Assembly (NCBI GenBank): GCA_017541665.1
Contig: JAFXYP010000036.1
Location: 8,686 to 72,685, forward strand
Source of the DNA: Lentisphaeria bacterium
GTDB taxonomy: Bacteria > Verrucomicrobiota > Lentisphaeria > Victivallales > UBA1829
Reading direction: 5' to 3'
Length of the DNA: 64,000 nucleotides
The first letter of the stretch is position 1. Each line of letters starts with the position of its first letter. The translations under genes and the position numbers were made by a program. Positions 60,133 through 64,000 of this stretch are shown in pieces. The notes beneath the pieces were generated by a model. It was not told where the DNA came from. It did not search any database and saw nothing but the letters and a program-made list of their open reading frames with translations.

Positions 60133-61155
60133 ATGCGTGCATTTTCCATCACCGCGCCGTTCCAAACCGGTTACCTCGACATCCCCGAACCCGAGCTCAC
60201 TTCCGGCAGCGTCCTGCTCGCCGTCAAGTTCGTCGGGCTCTGCGGCAGCGACCTCAACACGTTCCGCGGCAAAAACCCGCTCATCACCCTGCCCCGCATC
60301 CCCGGCCACGAGATCAGCGCCGTCATCGAGGCCGTCGGACCCGGCGTCCCGGACTGCTGGCGCGTCGGACAGAAGGTGACCGTCTCCCCGTACACGAACT
60401 GCGGCATCTGCCCCAGCTGCCTCGCCGAACGCCCGAACTGCTGCCAGTTCAACCAGACCCTCGGCGTGCAGCGCGACGGCGCGCTCACGAAACATATCGT
60501 CGTACCCTGGACCAAGCTCTTCGACGCCAACGCCATGAAGCAGGAGGAGATCGCCCTCATCGAACCGCTGACCGTCGGCGGCCACGCGTCCGACCGTTCC
60601 GGCGCGACCGAGGACAGCATCGCCGCCGTGATCGGCTGCGGGGCCGTCGGGCTCGGCGCCGTGCTCGGACTCGCCCGCAAAGGCGTCCGCAAGATGATCG
60701 CGATCGACGTCGATCCCGAAAAACTCGCCCTCGCCCGCGAATTCGGCGCGACCGACGTGATCGACTCTTCGAAGACCGACCTCCACCAGGCGCTCGCCGA
60801 CCTCACCGGAGGCCGCGGCCCGAACGTCGTCATCGAGGCGGTCGGACTCCCGCAGACTTTCCGCGCCGCCGTCGACGAAGTCGCGTTCGCCGGGTGCGTC
60901 ACCTACATCGGCTACGCCAAGGCCCCGGTCGAATACGAGACCAAGCTCTTCGTCCAGAAGGAGCTCGACATCCGCGGCTCCCGCAACGCCATGGCGTGCA
61001 ATTTCCGCCGCGTGATCGACTTCGCCGCCCGCGGGCTCTTCCCGATCAGCAAGATGATCTCCCGCGTCTACGGGTTCGACCGGGCCGGGCAGGCGCTTCA
61101 AGACTGGCACGACGCCCCCGCGAAAGTCTGCCGCTACCTCATTTCCGTGGATTGA
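60133..61155 (+). CDS. Zinc-dependent medium-chain dehydrogenase (candidate L-galactonate 5-dehydrogenase, LgoD-like)
   Basis: 340 aa. GLCGSD..GHE catalytic zinc motif, structural zinc CGICPSCLAERPNCC, GCGAVG NAD motif. GGAGG SD. Confidence 0.8.
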   Translation: MRAFSITAPFQTGYLDIPEPELTSGSVLLAVKFVGLCGSDLNTFRGKNPLITLPRIPGHEISAVIEAVGPGVPDCWRVGQKVTVSPYTNCGICPSCLAERPNCCQFNQTLGVQRDGALTKHIVVPWTKLFDANAMKQEEIALIEPLTVGGHASDRSGATEDSIAAVIGCGAVGLGAVLGLARKGVRKMIAIDVDPEKLALAREFGATDVIDSSKTDLHQALADLTGGRGPNVVIEAVGLPQTFRAAVDEVAFAGCVTYIGYAKAPVEYETKLFVQKELDIRGSRNAMACNFRRVIDFAARGLFPISKMISRVYGFDRAGQALQDWHDAPAKVCRYLISVD

Positions 61156-61169
61156 AAGGATTTAAAAAT

Positions 61170-62477
61170 ATGAAACAGCTGACCCGTGAAACTCCCCTGA
61201 CCCGCCCCGTTCGCGTTCTCCAGTTCGGCGAGGGCAATTTCCTGCGCGCGTTCGTCGACTGGATGATCGACCGCATGAACAAGGCGGGCGTATTCGATTC
61301 CGCCGTCCGGATCGTCCAGCCCCTGCCCCAGGGCATGTGCAACGTGATCAACGCCCAGGGCGGTCTCTACCACGTGATCCTGCGCGGCGTGAAGGACGGC
61401 CGGGTGGTGGAGCAGATCGAACAGATCGACTGCGTGAAGGACTGCATCAACCCCGCCACGGACTGGGACAAGGTCGTCGAAGCCGCCCTCGATCCCGATC
61501 TTCGCTTCGTCTTCTCGAACACGACCGAAGCGGGCATCGAATACCGTCCCGACGCCGACACGTTCCCCTCGAAGGTCGCGAAGCTCGTCACCGCCCGTGC
61601 GAAGGCCGGGCTCGGCGGCCTCATCTTCATCCCGTGCGAGCTCATCGAGCACAACGGGCGGAAGCTCCGCGAATGCGTCCTGAAATACCTCTCCGATCCC
61701 GAGGTCATCCGCTATGTCGAGGACAAGTGCATCTTCTGCAGCACGCTCGTCGACCGCATCGTGGCAGGCTATCCGCGCACCGACGCCGCGAAATACTGCG
61801 AGAAGCTCGGGATCGAGGACAAGCTCCTCGACTGCGGCGAACCGTTCTTCTTCTTCGTGATCGAAGGCCCCGCCGGGGTCGAGCGGGAACTCCCCGCGAA
61901 GAAGGCCGGGCTGAACGTCCTCTTCACGGACGACCAGACCCCGTACCGCACGCGCAAGGTGCGTTTCCTGAACGGCGCGCACACCGCCAGCGTGCTCGGC
62001 GCGCACATGGCGGGATTCACGTTCGTGGACGAGATGGTCCGCGACGAAAAGTTCGGGAAGTTCCTGCGGACCGTCCTCTTCGAGGAGGTCATGCCGACCG
62101 TGAACCTGCCCGAGGCGGAGAAACAGGCCTATGCGGAATCCGTGCTGGAACGCTTCGCGAACCCGTACGCCCAGCACAGGCTGCTCTCCATCGCGCTGAA
62201 CTCCGTTTCCAAGTGGAAAGTCCGTGTCCTCCCGACGCTCCTCGACTATCTCAAACTCACCGGCAGGCTCCCCGCCTGCCTCACGCAGTCCATGGCATAC
62301 CTCATCGACTTCTACCGTTCGTGCGAGATCAACGACGCGCCGGAGGTGAAGGCGTTCTTCGCCGGCAAGCCCGATGTAAAGGCCATCCTCGGCAAGTCCG
62401 AATTCTGGGGCATGGACCTGAACACCATCCCCGGCTTCACCGCCGCCGTGGAACAGGGAGTCACGAAGCAGCCATGA
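61170..62477 (+). CDS. uxaB: Tagaturonate reductase (altronate oxidoreductase)
   Basis: 435 aa. VLQFGEGNFLRAFVDWMI N-terminal motif and long-chain mannitol-dehydrogenase-family layout. Confidence 0.85.
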   Translation: MKQLTRETPLTRPVRVLQFGEGNFLRAFVDWMIDRMNKAGVFDSAVRIVQPLPQGMCNVINAQGGLYHVILRGVKDGRVVEQIEQIDCVKDCINPATDWDKVVEAALDPDLRFVFSNTTEAGIEYRPDADTFPSKVAKLVTARAKAGLGGLIFIPCELIEHNGRKLRECVLKYLSDPEVIRYVEDKCIFCSTLVDRIVAGYPRTDAAKYCEKLGIEDKLLDCGEPFFFFVIEGPAGVERELPAKKAGLNVLFTDDQTPYRTRKVRFLNGAHTASVLGAHMAGFTFVDEMVRDEKFGKFLRTVLFEEVMPTVNLPEAEKQAYAESVLERFANPYAQHRLLSIALNSVSKWKVRVLPTLLDYLKLTGRLPACLTQSMAYLIDFYRSCEINDAPEVKAFFAGKPDVKAILGKSEFWGMDLNTIPGFTAAVEQGVTKQP

Positions 62478-63826
62478 TCATCCATCCGCTCGACAACGTG
62501 GAGGTCCGCGACGACGGCCACAAGTACGCCATCCGCCCCATCGCGCCGGGCGAAAACGTGATCAAGTACGGCATGCCGATCGGACACGCGAAGGCCGCGA
62601 TCGCACCCGGCGAACACGTCCACACGCACAATCTGGCGTCCAACCTCGCCGGACGCCTCGAATACACGTACAAGCCGGATTTCAAGCCGCTTGCCATCAA
62701 GGCCGACCGCACCTTCGCCGGATTCCTCCGCCCGGACGGACAGGCGGGCGTCCGCAACGACCTGTGGGTCATCCCGACCGTCGGCTGCGTGAACGACCTC
62801 GCGCGGCGGCTCGCGGATGCCGTCGGCGGCATCGCGCTTACGCACCCCTACGGCTGCTCCCAGCTCGGCGGCGACCACGAATGCACGGCGAACCTGCTGG
62901 CGGCCTTCGCGCACCACCCGAACGCCGGCGGCGTGCTGGTCGTCGGGCTCGGATGCGAGAACAACACGCTCGACAGCTTCAAGGAACGCCTCGGCGACAT
63001 CTCCAGGCTCAATATCCGGTTCCTGCGCGCGCAGGACGACGGCGACGAATACGCCCGCGGGTTGGAACTCCTCGCCGAGCTCGACGCCGCCCGCGTCAAA
63101 GTCCGCACGGACATCCCCGTGTCCGCGCTCCGCGTCGGCCTCAAATGCGGAGGTTCCGACGGGCTCTCCGGCCTGACCGCGAACCCGCTCGTCGGGCGGT
63201 TCTCCGACTGGCTGGCGGCGCAGGGCGGCACGACCGTCCTGACCGAGGTCCCGGAGATGTTCGGCGCGGAGACCCTGCTCATGAACCGCTGCGTCTCCCG
63301 CGAGGTCTTCGACAAATGCGTCGCCATGATCAACGGCTTCAAGAGCTACTACGAGCGCCACGGCCAGCCCATCGACGAGAATCCGTCCCCCGGCAACAAG
63401 GCGGGCGGCATCTCCACGCTCGAAGACAAATCCCTCGGCTGCGTCCAGAAGGGCGGATCGTCGCCCGTCGTCGACGTCCTCGAATACGGACAGCGCCTCA
63501 GCAAGTCCGGTTTGAACCTGCTTGCCGGCCCCGGAAACGACCTCGTCGCCTCCTCCGTCCTCGCCGCCGCGGGCTGCCAGATCGTTCTCTTCACCACCGG
63601 ACGCGGCACGCCGTTCGGCACGGTCGTCCCGACCGTCAAGATCGCCACGAACACCCGTCTGGCGCAGTCCAAGCCGCACTGGATCGACTGGGACGCCCAG
63701 GGGCGGCCCGACACCGCGGAATTCGTCGAATTCGTCCTGAAGGCCGCTTCCGGCGAAATCGCCGTCAACAACGAAAAGAACTGCGCCCAGGAAATCGCCA
63801 TCTTCAAGGACGGCGTCACGCTCTGA
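62474..63826 (+). CDS. uxaA: Altronate dehydratase (UxaA family)
   Basis: 450 aa. ATGA overlap with uxaB. N-terminal SAF domain (DNVEV..GENVIKYGMPIGHA..GEHVHTHN) and UxaA C-domain (GLKCGGSDGLSG, GPGNDLV, FTTGRGTPFG). Confidence 0.85.
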   Translation: MIIHPLDNVEVRDDGHKYAIRPIAPGENVIKYGMPIGHAKAAIAPGEHVHTHNLASNLAGRLEYTYKPDFKPLAIKADRTFAGFLRPDGQAGVRNDLWVIPTVGCVNDLARRLADAVGGIALTHPYGCSQLGGDHECTANLLAAFAHHPNAGGVLVVGLGCENNTLDSFKERLGDISRLNIRFLRAQDDGDEYARGLELLAELDAARVKVRTDIPVSALRVGLKCGGSDGLSGLTANPLVGRFSDWLAAQGGTTVLTEVPEMFGAETLLMNRCVSREVFDKCVAMINGFKSYYERHGQPIDENPSPGNKAGGISTLEDKSLGCVQKGGSSPVVDVLEYGQRLSKSGLNLLAGPGNDLVASSVLAAAGCQIVLFTTGRGTPFGTVVPTVKIATNTRLAQSKPHWIDWDAQGRPDTAEFVEFVLKAASGEIAVNNEKNCAQEIAIFKDGVTL

Positions 63827-63850
63827 GTTCCCGGCTCATCGGGGCACAAA

Positions 63851-63885
63851 AAAATGCTTCTCCTGTTCGGGGGAAGCATTTTTTA
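63851..63885. terminator. Bidirectional-looking terminator hairpin
   Basis: AAAAAATGCTTC-tcctgttcgggg-GAAGCATTTTTT: an A-run before and a T-run after an 8-10-bp stem, between convergent gene ends. Confidence 0.6.
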
Positions 63886-63915
63886 TGGATCAGAAATCCG
63901 GGATCTCTGTCGGGA

Positions 63916-64000
63916 TCAGTTCCCGGACTGTGCCGTCAGATTGACATTGAGGGTGTGCTCGTCCAGCGTATAGGCTCCGGCGGAGAAGAGGCCGACGGCG
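63916..64000 (-). CDS. 3' end of a minus-strand CDS running off the window (unknown product)
   Basis: The reverse frame reads ..AVGLFSAGAYTLDEHTLNVNLTAQSGN* with the stop at 63916-63918. Only 28 codons are visible. Confidence 0.3.
   Translation of the reverse strand, partial: AVGLFSAGAYTLDEHTLNVNLTAQSGN

Noticed and set aside
1-64000. Mobile elements, prophage remnants, tRNA, rRNA, toxin-antitoxin pairs, CRISPR-Cas, restriction-modification
   Set aside because: I scanned all listed ORFs and intergenic gaps. I recognised no integrase, transposase, recombinase, terminal inverted repeats, cloverleaf-capable segments or methyltransferase motifs. Absence is by eye only and should be confirmed with tRNAscan, ISfinder-type and defence-finder searches.

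Overview
High-GC (judged by eye, not computed) 64-kb chromosomal segment from what looks like an anaerobic, diderm-type bacterium. Supporting genes: [NiFe]-hydrogenase maturation, class III ribonucleotide reductase, LolA-like, LpxL-like and phosphoethanolamine-transferase genes, lipocalin Blc. I support about 55 protein-coding genes. I found no rRNA, tRNA, CRISPR array, integrase or transposase. Gene order: hypF-orf-hypCDE; an AraC regulator followed by a 1,945-aa protease-fold/helicase/nuclease fusion; a minus-strand block (DUF1294, DUF1232, blc, double-TPM protein, DMT transporter, NTase-DUF4037 plus TPR pair, LysR); a bioB-like gene; a 1,837-aa protein made of ten ~145-aa tandem repeats; an eptA/cptA-like gene; a 15-gene translationally coupled type II FAS/PKS-like lipid cluster resembling aryl-polyene (APE) clusters but lacking starter-unit genes; GT2 and MFS genes; nrdG-nrdD(::thioredoxin-like domain)-trxR-like operon with NrdR boxes; a convergent nrdR-ClC-(ATP-cone-like) operon; GT2/GH30; and a five-gene L-galactose-to-KDG-type operon (AKR, lactonase, Zn-ADH, uxaB, uxaA). 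Best candidates for something new: (1) the giant transglutaminase-like + DUF4011-like + Upf1-like helicase + Vsr-like nuclease + DUF3320-like protein, as a stand-alone nucleic-acid surveillance or defence candidate; (2) the starter-less APE-like envelope-lipid cluster with two KS/CLF pairs and an exporter-lipoprotein fusion; (3) a self-contained reductant module for class III RNR, formed by NrdD fused to a CPNC thioredoxin fold plus a TrxR-like flavoprotein lacking the NADPH motif. All domain calls come from motif recognition by eye. No database searches were run.
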